DNA from: Escherichia phage pEC-M719-6WT.2
Length of the DNA stretch: 64,000 nt
Direction: 5' to 3' (one strand)
Sequence record: OQ845958.1
The position numbers were made by a program, and so were the translations under genes. The notes beneath the pieces are model-generated. The model was not told the origin of the DNA. It saw nothing but the letters and a program-made list of their open reading frames with translations, and searched no databases. Below are positions 9,328 to 20,209 of this stretch, piece after piece; position 1 is the first letter of the stretch; the number at the start of each line of letters is the position of its first letter.

Positions 9328-11583
9328 ATGCAAGTACAAAAAAGTAGTGGTGTATCTCAAGATTTTGATGGCCAGAAAATTATTAAAGTTCTTTCCTGGT
9401 CATGTGAAGGAACTAATATCGACCCGTATGAATTATACGAAACAATCAAACCACATCTGCGCGATGGCATGACTACTCGCGATATTCAGACGGTTATCAT
9501 CAAAGTATCCGCTGGGCTTATTTCGGTTGAAGAACCAGATTACCAATATGTTGCAGCGAAGGCTACGATGTTTGCTCTACGTAAAGATGTTTATGGACAA
9601 TTTGAGCCACGTTCTTTTATTGACCAGATTTCTTATTGTGTTAATGAAGGTAAATATGACCCAGAGCTGTTGTCAAGCTACTCAGCTGAAGAGATTACTT
9701 ACCTGGAATCTCGTATTAAGCACGAACGCGATTTTGACCTGACTTATGCAGGCGCGATGCAGCTTAAAGAGAAATACCTGGTTAAAGATAAAACCACTGG
9801 GAAAATCTATGAGACTCCACAGTTCGCTATCATGGCCATCGGCATGGCACTGCACCAGGATGAACCAACGGACCGCCTGAAGCACGTTTGCCGTTTTTAT
9901 GATGCAGTATCCACGCAACAGGTTTCGTTGCCCACACCTATCATGGCGGGCGCCAGAACACCTACCCGACAGTTCAGTTCGTGTGTGGTTATCGAAGCTG
10001 CGGACTCCCTGAAGTCAATTAATAAGACTGCTAATTCAATCATCGAATATATCAGCAAGCGTGCAGGTATTGGTATCAACGTTGGCATGATTCGTGCTGA
10101 AGGTTCGAAAATCGGTATGGGTGAAGTCAAGCATACTGGTGTTATTCCGTTCTGGAAACATTTCCAAACGGCTGTTAAATCATGTTCACAAGGTGGAATC
10201 CGTGGCGGCGCTGCTACTGCTTATTATCCTATTTGGCATTTGGAAGTTGAAAATTTACTCGTTCTGAAGAACAACAAGGGCGTTGAAGAAAACCGCATCA
10301 GACATATGGACTATGGTGTCCAGCTGAATAACCTGATGATGGAACGACTGGCTAAGAATGATTACATCACTCTGTTTAGTCCGCACGAAGCAGGTGGTGA
10401 ATTGTATTATTCATATTTTGATAACCCAGATAAATTCCGTGAGTTATATGAAGCCTTGGAAAAAGACCCGACAGTTCGTAAGAAGCGCATCAAAGCAAAA
10501 GATGTATTTGAATTATTCATGACCGAACGTTCCGGGACAGCCAGGGTTTATCCGCAGTTCGTCGATAACGTGAATGACTACACTCCGTTCATCCGTGATA
10601 AGGCTCCAATTCGTCAATCAAACCTTTGCTGCGAAATTGCAATCCCGACCACTGATGTAAACAGCGAAGATGCTGAAATCGGATTGTGTACATTGTCTGC
10701 GTTTGTTCTGGATAGTTTTGACTGGCAGGACCAAGATAAAATTAACGAGCTGGCCGAAGTGCAAGTTCGTGCTCTTGATAACCTGTTGGACTACCAGGGT
10801 TATCCGGTTAAAGAAGCTCTGAAAGCCAAAAAACGCCGCAACCTTGGTGTTGGGGTTACTAACTATGCTGCATGGCTAGCAAGCAATTTCGCTTCCTACG
10901 CTGATGCAAACGATTTAACGCATGAACTGTTCGAGAGATTACAATATGGTCTTATCCGTGCATCAATCAAGCTCGCCAAAGAAAAAGGACCTTGCGAATA
11001 TTATTCAGACACTCGTTGGGCTCGAGGCGAATTACCTATCGACTGGTACAATAAAAAGATTGACCAAATCGCAGCTCCAAACTACGTTTGTGACTGGGCG
11101 CAGCTGCGGGAAGACCTGGTTGAACATGGCATCCGTAATAGCACATTATCAGCACTTATGCCTTGTGAGTCATCTTCCCAAGTTTCTAACAGTACAAACG
11201 GTATCGAACCTCCGCGTGGACCAGTCTCTATTAAAGAGTCAAAAGAGGGTTCCTTTAATCAAGTCGTGCCCAATATTGAACACAATAAAGGATTGTACGA
11301 TTACGCATGGGTGCTAGCTAAGCAAGGTAACAAACCTTATCTGACACAAGTCGCGATTATGTTGAAATGGATTTGTCAGTCAGCATCAGCCAATACATAT
11401 TATGACCCGCAGAATTATCCGAAAGGAAAAGTTCCGATGTCAGTTATGCTTGACGACTTGATGTACTTCTGGTATTTTGGTGGTAAAAACCTTTATTATC
11501 ATAACACTAGAGATGGTTCTGGTACAGACGATTACGAAATCGAAGCTCCTAAAGCAGAAGACTGCTCTGCCTGTAAACTTTGA
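9328..11583 (+). CDS. nrdA: aerobic ribonucleotide reductase large subunit
   Basis: 751 aa; class I RNR motifs and C-terminal CxxC tail; matches T4 NrdA from memory. Confidence 0.97.
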   Translation: MQVQKSSGVSQDFDGQKIIKVLSWSCEGTNIDPYELYETIKPHLRDGMTTRDIQTVIIKVSAGLISVEEPDYQYVAAKATMFALRKDVYGQFEPRSFIDQISYCVNEGKYDPELLSSYSAEEITYLESRIKHERDFDLTYAGAMQLKEKYLVKDKTTGKIYETPQFAIMAIGMALHQDEPTDRLKHVCRFYDAVSTQQVSLPTPIMAGARTPTRQFSSCVVIEAADSLKSINKTANSIIEYISKRAGIGINVGMIRAEGSKIGMGEVKHTGVIPFWKHFQTAVKSCSQGGIRGGAATAYYPIWHLEVENLLVLKNNKGVEENRIRHMDYGVQLNNLMMERLAKNDYITLFSPHEAGGELYYSYFDNPDKFRELYEALEKDPTVRKKRIKAKDVFELFMTERSGTARVYPQFVDNVNDYTPFIRDKAPIRQSNLCCEIAIPTTDVNSEDAEIGLCTLSAFVLDSFDWQDQDKINELAEVQVRALDNLLDYQGYPVKEALKAKKRRNLGVGVTNYAAWLASNFASYADANDLTHELFERLQYGLIRASIKLAKEKGPCEYYSDTRWARGELPIDWYNKKIDQIAAPNYVCDWAQLREDLVEHGIRNSTLSALMPCESSSQVSNSTNGIEPPRGPVSIKESKEGSFNQVVPNIEHNKGLYDYAWVLAKQGNKPYLTQVAIMLKWICQSASANTYYDPQNYPKGKVPMSVMLDDLMYFWYFGGKNLYYHNTRDGSGTDDYEIEAPKAEDCSACKL

Positions 11584-11621
11584 TATAATTATGCTCATGG
11601 ATGAGCTATTGAGGAAATAAA

Positions 11622-12800
11622 ATGAGTACAGTTTTTAATACCACTCCGGTGGATGTTTTAGCCGAGCCAATGTTCTTCGGTTCAGGATTGGGAATTGCCC
11701 GTTATGATATCCAGCGTCATAAAGTTTTTGAAGAATTAACAGAAAAGCAATTATCATTCTTCTGGCGTCCAGAGGAAGTAAACCTGATGATGGACGGAGC
11801 CCAATTTAATAAGCTTCCTGAACATCAACAAAATATTTTTACCAACAACCTGAAATACCAGTCGCTTCTGGATAGTATTCAGGGTCGTGCTCCTGCAGCA
11901 GCATTAGCCGCATTAGTTTCTGACCCGAGTCTTGATACCTGGATTCAGACTTGGACATTCAGCGAGACAATTCACTCTCGTTCTTATACGCACATCATGC
12001 GAAATCTCTATACGGACCCGGCGAAGGTATTCGACGAAATCCTGTTAGATGATGCAATCATGAAGCGAGCAGAATCCATCGGTCATTACTATGATGATGT
12101 TCTGAATAAAACTCGTCAATGGCAAAACCAGATTGCTTTTGTTGAACTGGCCAAAGAAACTCCCGAAGCGGACGAACGTTTGGAACGAGCTATCAAACAA
12201 GAATCTATCGCCAAACGAGCATTGATGAAGTCTCTTTATCTCTGCCTGCATGTCATTAATGCCCTGGAAGCCATTCGTTTTTATGTATCTTTTGCATGTA
12301 CTTTCAACTTCCATAAGAACATGGAAATCATGGAAGGCAATGCGAAGATAATGAAGTTCATCGCCCGCGATGAACAGCTCCACCTTAAGGGGACCCAATA
12401 TATTCTTCGTCAGCTGCAGACTGGTGTTGACGGTGACGAATGGGTTAAAATCGCTCGCGAATGTGAAGCAGAAGCCGCAGACATTTTCATGGAAGTTAAT
12501 CGCCAGGAAAAAGAATGGGCCGTGCATCTGTTTAAAGACGGTGGACTCCCTGGGCTGAGCGTCGAGATTCTTAACCGGTTCATCGATTACCTGACGGTTT
12601 CTCGTATGAAGCAATGTGGTCTCCCGTGTGAAATCGTGTTAGAATCTACTAAGCACCCGATTCCATGGATTCGCGAATATCTTAACTCTGATAATGTGCA
12701 ATCAGCACCACAAGAAGTTGAGTTGTCTGCTTACCTGGTAGCCCAAATTGACAATGACGTCGATGAGAACGTTCTTGCTGGTTTCCGTAAATATCTATAA
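11622..12800 (+). CDS. nrdB: aerobic ribonucleotide reductase small subunit, uninterrupted
   Basis: 392 aa contiguous ORF with di-iron/tyrosyl radical signature; follows nrdA after a 38-nt gap. Confidence 0.96.
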   Translation: MSTVFNTTPVDVLAEPMFFGSGLGIARYDIQRHKVFEELTEKQLSFFWRPEEVNLMMDGAQFNKLPEHQQNIFTNNLKYQSLLDSIQGRAPAAALAALVSDPSLDTWIQTWTFSETIHSRSYTHIMRNLYTDPAKVFDEILLDDAIMKRAESIGHYYDDVLNKTRQWQNQIAFVELAKETPEADERLERAIKQESIAKRALMKSLYLCLHVINALEAIRFYVSFACTFNFHKNMEIMEGNAKIMKFIARDEQLHLKGTQYILRQLQTGVDGDEWVKIARECEAEAADIFMEVNRQEKEWAVHLFKDGGLPGLSVEILNRFIDYLTVSRMKQCGLPCEIVLESTKHPIPWIREYLNSDNVQSAPQEVELSAYLVAQIDNDVDENVLAGFRKYL

Positions 12801-12802
12801 GG

Positions 12803-12824
12803 AAAGGGCTTCGGCCCTTTTTGT
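12803..12824 (+). terminator. intrinsic terminator (GGGC-UUCG-GCCC + U-tract)
   Basis: aaagggcttcggccctttttgtc directly after the nrdB stop. Confidence 0.6.
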
Positions 12825-12826
12825 CT

Positions 12827-13237
12827 ATGAAACAAATCGCTGACGAATACAGTTTTATAAAATACGCGGAGTTAGAGTTAGTCGATGGTAAAATCCCTAT
12901 CCTTACTCTCGCAAACAAGAAAAATGTTATCTATGCTATTTCAGTTGATGATGAACTAGTGTATATTGGTAAGACGAACAACCTTAAGAAGCGTATCAAC
13001 TATTACCGGACTGCAATCAACCGAATCGAACAGACGAGTGATTCAAACAAATCCCGGATGATACATGAAGCTTTACAAGAAGGCAAAAAGGTGGTATTCT
13101 ATGCACGACAATGTTTCAATCTGTCAATGACCAATGAACTTGGTACGATGTCAGTCGAAACGATGTCTCTGGAAGAGCCGATGTTCATCAAGCTTTTTAA
13201 TCCCCCGTGGAATTACCAACATAAGGTGAAGAAATGA
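12827..13237 (+). CDS. denA: endonuclease II (GIY-YIG family)
   Basis: 136 aa from ATG at 12827 (ORF track starts 6 nt earlier); VIYAI ... VYIGKTNNLKKRINYYR and FNPPWN match T4 EndoII from memory. Confidence 0.9.
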   Translation: MKQIADEYSFIKYAELELVDGKIPILTLANKKNVIYAISVDDELVYIGKTNNLKKRINYYRTAINRIEQTSDSNKSRMIHEALQEGKKVVFYARQCFNLSMTNELGTMSVETMSLEEPMFIKLFNPPWNYQHKVKK

Positions 13238-14370
13238 TTGAATTATATGATAACTTAATGAAGCTTTGCACCGAATCCGATAAAGGTAAGTTTTTCTATA
13301 CGGATTTTGTTTCTCCATTTGAAACTAAGTTCCGCATCTTTAGCTATAACTATGCTTCCTATAGTGATTGGCTCCTTGATGATGCGCTGGAGTGCCGTGG
13401 CATTATGTTTGAAATGGATGACAATGGTCCAGTTCGCATTGCTGCTCGCCCTATGGAAAAATTCTTTAATCTGGGTGAGAATCCAATGACCATGGACCTT
13501 AACCTTGATAAGGTTGTCCTGGTTACTGCAAAAGCTGATGGTAGCTTGGTTTCTACTTATATGGACCAGACTAATATCGCCTTTAAATCAAAGGGGTCAA
13601 TCAAAAGCTCCCAAGCAGCTGAATCCTTGCAGGTGTTTAAACAAGAACATCGCAGTGCATTCAGGGCTCGTGTGACTGAAATCACTGAAGCTGGTTATAC
13701 ATGCAACATGGAATATGTTGCACCGACCAACCGCATTGTTTTGCCTTACCAGGAACGTGACCTTATTTTACTGAACGTTCGTCATAATGAAACTGGTGAA
13801 TATATTCCTTATCAGGAGCTGTTCAAAGATGCAGCGCTTCGTCCTTTCCTGGTTGAAGCATATGACCCGGCAACCATTGAGAATGTTCGCGGTATGAAAG
13901 AGATTGAAGGCTTCGTCTATGAGATGGCTAACGGTCAGAAGTTCAAGATGAAAACAGAATGGTATTGTGCTCTGCATCATACTAAAGACTCCATTAATAA
14001 TAATGAGCGACTGTTTGAAGTTGTTGTTGCTGGCGGCGCGGATGATGTTATTGCCATGTTTACTGGCGATACTTATGCTCGTGAAAAAGTTACTGCCTTT
14101 ACTGCAACACATCTGGATTATCTGTCCAACACTCTTGGACTGTTGCTTGATGCACAAAAACAGTTAGCAGGAAAAGACCGTCGCGAGTTTGCGATTAAAG
14201 GTCAAGAGTTATGTAAACCATATCCGGGATTGTTCTCCGTATTAATGAACACCTATCAACGCCCACAGGAAACTGAACAAACGATTGCTCAAATCAATAA
14301 AGTTTTCCTTAAAAATCATAAACTTTACATTCCGTTAGACTACCAGGCGGAAGTAATCCTTCCTGAATAA
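13234..14370 (+). CDS. rnlA: RNA ligase 1
   Basis: 378 aa; FSYNYASYSDWLLDDALECRGIMFE, EDGSLVSTY, FVAPTNRIV match T4 Rnl1 (gene 63) from memory. Confidence 0.9.
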   Translation: MIELYDNLMKLCTESDKGKFFYTDFVSPFETKFRIFSYNYASYSDWLLDDALECRGIMFEMDDNGPVRIAARPMEKFFNLGENPMTMDLNLDKVVLVTAKADGSLVSTYMDQTNIAFKSKGSIKSSQAAESLQVFKQEHRSAFRARVTEITEAGYTCNMEYVAPTNRIVLPYQERDLILLNVRHNETGEYIPYQELFKDAALRPFLVEAYDPATIENVRGMKEIEGFVYEMANGQKFKMKTEWYCALHHTKDSINNNERLFEVVVAGGADDVIAMFTGDTYAREKVTAFTATHLDYLSNTLGLLLDAQKQLAGKDRREFAIKGQELCKPYPGLFSVLMNTYQRPQETEQTIAQINKVFLKNHKLYIPLDYQAEVILPE

Positions 14371-14373
14371 TAA

Positions 14374-14412
14374 AAAAGGGGTGTACAAGCCCCTTCTTTC
14401 TATACATAATGG
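14374..14412 (+). promoter_or_regulatory. terminator hairpin fused to early promoter (-35 in hairpin loop)
   Basis: aaggggTGTACAAgcccctt then ctttctatacataat; stem GGGG/CCCC encloses the -35-like TGTACAA, CATAAT about 17 nt later. Confidence 0.5.
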
Positions 14413-14441
14413 TTCCATCAACTACTGATGAGGACCAAAAC

Positions 14442-14675
14442 ATGTTAAACTTAATTACAAATGACAGAGTTACAAAGGCATATGGTGACAGAAATGATGG
14501 AATCTATGTCTATAAGGGAGACCGCCGGATTGGTTTCATTACTGACCTAAAGGCCAAATTGTTAAAAGAACTGAAAGCTCAAACAAGTGATTCTGGGTTT
14601 AGAGCAAGAGCCAAAAAGAAAGATGAGCGCCTGGGTGCCAACTCTTTTGGTCCCCGGGGTTACAACCGCTACTAA
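14442..14675 (+). CDS. hypothetical protein; paralog of the N-terminal domain of the next gene
   Basis: 77 aa from internal ATG; YGDRNDGIYVYKGDRRIGFITDLKAKL parallels YGDRHDGIYVYKGTKKIGLMTDLRKKL in ORF 14689-15192. Confidence 0.5.
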   Translation: MLNLITNDRVTKAYGDRNDGIYVYKGDRRIGFITDLKAKLLKELKAQTSDSGFRARAKKKDERLGANSFGPRGYNRY

Positions 14676-14688
14676 TGAGGAAAATATT

Positions 14689-15192
14689 ATGGATATGCAA
14701 CTGATTTCAAACGAAATGATTGTCAATGAATATGGTGACCGCCATGACGGAATTTATGTCTATAAAGGGACCAAGAAAATTGGTCTCATGACTGACCTGC
14801 GGAAAAAACTCGCCTCCAATAAAAAGTTGAAGGCGAAACAAAAAGAATATCGTGATAAAAAATCAGAAGAGCGGAAAGAAGCACTGCATGAATCTGTTCC
14901 TGAAATGGTTGACTTCTTAAAGAACCATTTGGTTAAATATGATGCAGAAGTGTTCATTAACCAGACCCAACCTAATGTACATATCAATGGATGTGTTTGT
15001 TATGTTGTGGTTGAACCCCTGACACTTCAACACCGCCTGGGGATTAAACACCCAGTGTTAACCCAGGATGATATGGCGGATGAAGTTGGTAATCAGTTCC
15101 GCATTTCAGCGTCTGACAGTACAAATCACATCCTCCTGAATGGTTTATCCCAGGATGATATTGTTGAGGTAATCATCAAGTTATGCAAATAA
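14689..15192 (+). CDS. alc: candidate Alc-like protein (host transcription shutoff), by position and length only
   Basis: 167 aa from internal ATG with GAGGAAAATATT ribosome-binding site; lies between rnlA and the spanin pair where T4 has alc. No sequence memory of T4 Alc to confirm. Confidence 0.4.
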   Translation: MDMQLISNEMIVNEYGDRHDGIYVYKGTKKIGLMTDLRKKLASNKKLKAKQKEYRDKKSEERKEALHESVPEMVDFLKNHLVKYDAEVFINQTQPNVHINGCVCYVVVEPLTLQHRLGIKHPVLTQDDMADEVGNQFRISASDSTNHILLNGLSQDDIVEVIIKLCK

Positions 15193-15536
15193 GTAATCTC
15201 ACTGCAGGGCTTATGCTAGCCCTGGTAGTAACTGCTGGTAGTGGTTTCTATCTAAAAGCAAAAGTAGATAATCTCAAGACGGCGGTGGCGGAAGTCACCA
15301 AAGTTGCAGAAGATAACGCGAAAAATCTGCAATCAGTAAAAGACCAGATTAATCAAATTAATCTCCTTGACCAGGAGCGCCAGGAATATGTTGAACTTCT
15401 GCAGAAGGAAAATGATAAACTCCGCGCAGATGCAAAACGTACTAAGGTTGTGGCAGCGAAGCCTAAATTAGTTGAAAAACAGATTAATCAGTCTTTTGAT
15501 AAGTTTGCCCAGGACTTCCAGGAGCTCACCAAATGA
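15183..15536 (+). CDS. i-spanin (Rz-like; T4 pseT.3 equivalent)
   Basis: 117 aa; N-terminal transmembrane segment (LMLALVVTAGSGF) followed by charged coiled-coil; overlaps the next ORF. Confidence 0.7.
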   Translation: MQISNLTAGLMLALVVTAGSGFYLKAKVDNLKTAVAEVTKVAEDNAKNLQSVKDQINQINLLDQERQEYVELLQKENDKLRADAKRTKVVAAKPKLVEKQINQSFDKFAQDFQELTK

Positions 15537-15823
15537 TGAAATCTATCATGGCAGTATGTTTGGCTATTGGACTCGTTTCATGCGCCCAGAAGCCCGTTGT
15601 GGAGCCCACAATCCAAGTTCATCCTAATTGGCCTGTTGCATTGGCTGATTACAAACAGCAATGGGAAGTTAAGGTAATTGAGGGTCAAGCCTGGGTTGGT
15701 ATGCCTTTTGAAGCATCGCAAGAATTCCGGATTTGGATGAATGATGTAAAAAGATATGTACATGACCAAAAAGGTATGTTATGTTATTATCGTTCTGAAC
15801 TAAAAGAAGAACGTTGCAAATGA
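15533..15823 (+). CDS. o-spanin lipoprotein (Rz1-like; T4 pseT.2 equivalent)
   Basis: 96 aa; signal peptide with lipobox LVSC; start overlaps i-spanin stop. Confidence 0.7.
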   Translation: MMKSIMAVCLAIGLVSCAQKPVVEPTIQVHPNWPVALADYKQQWEVKVIEGQAWVGMPFEASQEFRIWMNDVKRYVHDQKGMLCYYRSELKEERCK

Positions 15824-15924
15824 TAGAGAACTGTAGCCTTGGTTGGGATATTGTTAGATTTGGTGCATTCTGTTTTTGTTTTGGAATTGCGGCCACTTTA
15901 TGTGTTCAAGGTCTTTTTGGAAAG

Positions 15925-15958
15925 TAGTGTACAAACTCATGGGAGCAGAGTATAATGC
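15925..15958 (+). promoter_or_regulatory. early promoter cassette (GTGTACAA ... TATAAT flanked by short inverted repeat)
   Basis: aaagtagtgtacaa ... GGAGCAgagTATAATgcTCCT; 6-bp inverted repeat brackets the -10. Confidence 0.5.
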
Positions 15959-15984
15959 TCCTACGGATTATAAAATTTGAGGAA

Positions 15985-16469
15985 ATGACTATGACTTTAC
16001 GTGATAACAGTTTTGTGGCTAAGCCTGAATACATTTCAAGTATTAAATCTCCTGTATTACAAAAGCTCTTAAAATTAGGGTCCTGTGCAAGTACACCAAT
16101 TGAAAAGAAGGCAACTTTCGATTTTGCTTGGGCTATTGTGGACGGTATTGATGTAGTAAGACAGGTAACTTTTTATGCTCCTGGTGCTATTGAGCCTTCC
16201 CAAATTATTAACCTGGATGGAAGTAATTATATTACTATCCAACAGTGGTATCGTATGATGCGACCTGTTTGGGAATACCCAGAATTTATTGAAGAATACA
16301 ATGAAAAAGAACGTATTCGTGAACTGGTAAAAAGTTTTGAATATGCGGCTAAACGCCATGGTCAAATGCAAGCTGCCGCTACGCTTGGTGATGTTTCTGA
16401 AAGCGCGGCTTATGAAACTGGTAAAATCCTTAAAACTTGTCGCGAAGAACTTTATAAGGAGCTTGGTGT

Positions 16470-16473
<4 letters not shown>
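15985..16473 (+). CDS. hypothetical protein (internal start of ORF-track 15955-16473)
   Basis: ATG preceded by GAGGAAATGA; 162 aa. Confidence 0.45.
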
Positions 16474-17691
<1,218 letters not shown>

Positions 17692-17692
<1 letters not shown>

Positions 17693-17889
17693 TGAATAAT
17701 ATCGAAAAGATTTTTCGTACAATCGAAGAAATTGAAAAACGTTACGAATACTTTTTCAGTGTATGGCCTTTAACTGATGGACGTATTGGCCTGGATGTAA
17801 TGGACTATAAAGATGAAGACAAGGTCGATGGTGGTATTTTTAAATCCGCTCCAGAACTCTTGGCATTCTTGGAAGAACATTATGTATAA
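17692..17889 (+). CDS. hypothetical protein (internal start of ORF-track 17662-17889)
   Basis: ATG overlapping the pseT stop (TAATG); 65 aa. Confidence 0.4.
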
Positions 17890-18097
17890 CAAACACCATG
17901 AAGTTGAAGAAGAAGCTTATAAAGAGCTTCAGAAACTGGTAGGTCAGAATATGTCTCCTGCTCTTATCAATAACCTGGCTGCACTGCGTAATGACATCAA
18001 CGAACGGTACAAGGGCGAATATTATGTTGAATTCGTTCCGCTGACTGAAGTCATTGACCGATTTATCGTTAATGTCAAGGTGCATACCGTCCATTAA
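17882..18097 (+). CDS. hypothetical protein (internal start of ORF-track 17813-18097)
   Basis: ATG overlapping the previous stop; 71 aa. Confidence 0.4.
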   Translation: MYNKHHEVEEEAYKELQKLVGQNMSPALINNLAALRNDINERYKGEYYVEFVPLTEVIDRFIVNVKVHTVH

Positions 18098-18122
18098 CGC
18101 TTTAAAAATTTTATGGTATAAT
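18098..18122 (+). promoter_or_regulatory. MotA-type middle promoter
   Basis: cGCTTTAA, 12 nt, TATAAT, then conserved leader GGGGTCTAGGTCC; same architecture as promoters at 36613 and 42618. Confidence 0.5.
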
Positions 18123-18168
18123 GGGGTCTAGGTCCTTTGGATACCCCGATAACTAAGCGAGAAAAGAA

Positions 18169-18447
18169 ATGTTTCCCACATATTCTGAAATTGTTAAAGT
18201 ACTTTTTAGTCAGATTGTATCTGATTATCTATACGAAAGCGTCGACGTGTCGACTGAACTAAAAGTGCACGGTCGTTTGTCTGCTATTCTGGAAATCATG
18301 TTCCCAGATGCAGTTGATGCAATCACTGTTCAACTCACGCCTGGTGCAGCATTTGCAATTGTTCCATTTAAAATTGATAACCACATTTTGGCTATTTCAT
18401 GCAAAATGGACTTCCAGAAACAAACGGTAGTTGTCGAAGCAATTTAA
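18169..18447 (+). CDS. hypothetical protein
   Basis: 92-aa ORF with GAGAAAAGAA ribosome-binding site. Confidence 0.45.
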   Translation: MFPTYSEIVKVLFSQIVSDYLYESVDVSTELKVHGRLSAILEIMFPDAVDAITVQLTPGAAFAIVPFKIDNHILAISCKMDFQKQTVVVEAI

Positions 18448-18448
18448 G

Positions 18449-18478
18449 TGTTTACTTTCACCATGGATGGTGTATAAT
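18449..18478 (+). promoter_or_regulatory. early promoter (-35 GTTTAC, extended -10 gtgTATAAT)
   Basis: gtttactttcaccatggatggtgtataat upstream of ORF 18508. Confidence 0.5.
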
Positions 18479-18507
18479 GAATTTCATCAACACATGAGGA
18501 AAACAAA

Positions 18508-19050
18508 ATGAGCGATTTCTTTGAAGAAGGTAAGTTTTACAAATTTGTATCTGAAAATGCCAAAAAACAATTTATTGCCGGAGGCTGGGCAGCTAATTAC
18601 CAAATTGCCGGATACATCGGTATGACTCCATTTGAAGTTAAGATTTTACCTGATAATGTTAGCGGCGGTAAAAAAGTTTGTGAGATTCGTTTGATTGATG
18701 AAAATGATTTTGTGGATTTGGCAAAAATATCTGACGAAGGAAACAGACATCGTGGAGCAATGTTTGTTTCCGCTGGTCCGTTGTCAGATGAATTCCAATA
18801 TTTCATTCAGGCTGAAGTTGGTGTTAAGCCAGAAGTTGAACCTGCGCCAGTAAAACTTGCATCAGTTTGGAAATTGCTCGTGGTTAAAAATGGCAAGATT
18901 GAGATCAACTCTCGTCATACATCAAAAGAATATGCGGAAGACGAAGCAGAGCGCCTGTTAAACCGCGGTACTGCAGAAGATTGTTATATTATCAAAGGCG
19001 ATATCACAAAAGCTTCTATCGTTAAACAAGTTAAACAGGAGACAATCTGA
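18508..19050 (+). CDS. hypothetical protein (paralog-family member)
   Basis: 180 aa; N-terminal GKFYKFVSENAKKQFIA resembles TGKFYVLDPAAKKQFIA of ORF 5642-6073. Confidence 0.5.
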   Translation: MSDFFEEGKFYKFVSENAKKQFIAGGWAANYQIAGYIGMTPFEVKILPDNVSGGKKVCEIRLIDENDFVDLAKISDEGNRHRGAMFVSAGPLSDEFQYFIQAEVGVKPEVEPAPVKLASVWKLLVVKNGKIEINSRHTSKEYAEDEAERLLNRGTAEDCYIIKGDITKASIVKQVKQETI

Positions 19051-19295
19051 TGCTTAGCGAAACCCCAATTACTGTTGAAGAGTTCCACGAAAAAGTGAAG
19101 TCATTTGCTCAAGAGATGATTAACCGAGTATCGCAGCGATTCCCTGCTGCGACTTTGCAAGTTATTCAGGAATCTGCACGCAGTTTTATGATTGTCATTA
19201 ATCCGAAAATTACCCTAAAAGGTGGTGACCAGTTTACCCAACTGAAATTGGGTTCTGACGGTCTGGTTGAAGCGCAGCGAGTGTATATTCAATGA
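19050..19295 (+). CDS. hypothetical protein
   Basis: 81-aa ORF with start overlapping the upstream stop. Confidence 0.4.
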   Translation: MLSETPITVEEFHEKVKSFAQEMINRVSQRFPAATLQVIQESARSFMIVINPKITLKGGDQFTQLKLGSDGLVEAQRVYIQ

Positions 19296-19627
19296 TGAAT
19301 TTAATGGATATTTTCAAAGAATCACTTAAAAATGATTTAGGTGACCATCGTAAGTTGGACCCAGAAACAACTGCATTTATCAAAGTAACGCTTGCGAATG
19401 ATGCTCTGTTTAAAAGTATTCACCCAAGTAATTATGATGCGGTTGTTATCACAGAAGCTCCTGTAGAAATTGGTGAGCGAATGTTTGGGGTGATTTTTGA
19501 CGATAAGAAAAAACGCTTCAGCGACGGTGATAGTATAATTACAACACATGTTAAGAGCATTACTAAATTGCGACATGAATTATATCGTGTTGAAACTATT
19601 AAAACCAATTATCTCGTGGTGATGTAA
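19292..19627 (+). CDS. hypothetical protein
   Basis: 111-aa ORF with start overlapping the upstream stop. Confidence 0.4.
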   Translation: MMNLMDIFKESLKNDLGDHRKLDPETTAFIKVTLANDALFKSIHPSNYDAVVITEAPVEIGERMFGVIFDDKKKRFSDGDSIITTHVKSITKLRHELYRVETIKTNYLVVM

Positions 19628-20209
19628 ATGAAACCAACTACTGTTCTGCAAATCGCATACCTTGTATCTCAAGAATCCAAATGTTGCTCCTGGAAAGTGG
19701 GAGCTGTTATTGAAAAGAATGGACGCATTATTTCTACAGGGTATAATGGTTCCCCTGCAGGTGGGGTCAACTGTTGCGAGCATGCGGAAGAGCAAGGTTG
19801 GTTACTGAATAAACCTAAACCTGTTCTCGTCCCCGGTCACAAGCCAGAATGTGTGAGATTCAGTAAGGTTGACCGTTTTGTATTGGCGAAAGCCCATCGC
19901 GAAGCCCATTCCGCATGGTCAAAGAACAACGAAATCCATGCTGAGCTTAATGCGATTCTGTTTGCAGCCAGAATGGGTTCGTCAATTGAAGGCGCTACTA
20001 TGTATGTGACGCTTTCTCCTTGCCCTGATTGTGCAAAGGCAATTTCCCAATCAGGAATCAAGAAATTGGTTTACTGTGAAACGTATGACAAGAATATTCC
20101 TGGCTGGGATGATATCCTGAAGAATGCGGGAATTGAGGTGTTCAATGTGCCTAAGCGTAGTCTAGACAAATTGAACTGGGAAAACATTAACGAATTTTGT
20201 GGTGAATAA
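19628..20209 (+). CDS. cd: dCMP deaminase
   Basis: 193 aa; cytidine/dCMP deaminase zinc motifs (CEHAE ... SPCPDCAK); length equals T4 Cd. Confidence 0.92.
   Translation: MKPTTVLQIAYLVSQESKCCSWKVGAVIEKNGRIISTGYNGSPAGGVNCCEHAEEQGWLLNKPKPVLVPGHKPECVRFSKVDRFVLAKAHREAHSAWSKNNEIHAELNAILFAARMGSSIEGATMYVTLSPCPDCAKAISQSGIKKLVYCETYDKNIPGWDDILKNAGIEVFNVPKRSLDKLNWENINEFCGE

Noticed and set aside
12045-12614. 189-aa minus-strand ORF inside nrdB
   Set aside because: Antisense to a conserved enzyme gene with no promoter or ribosome-binding site; spurious.
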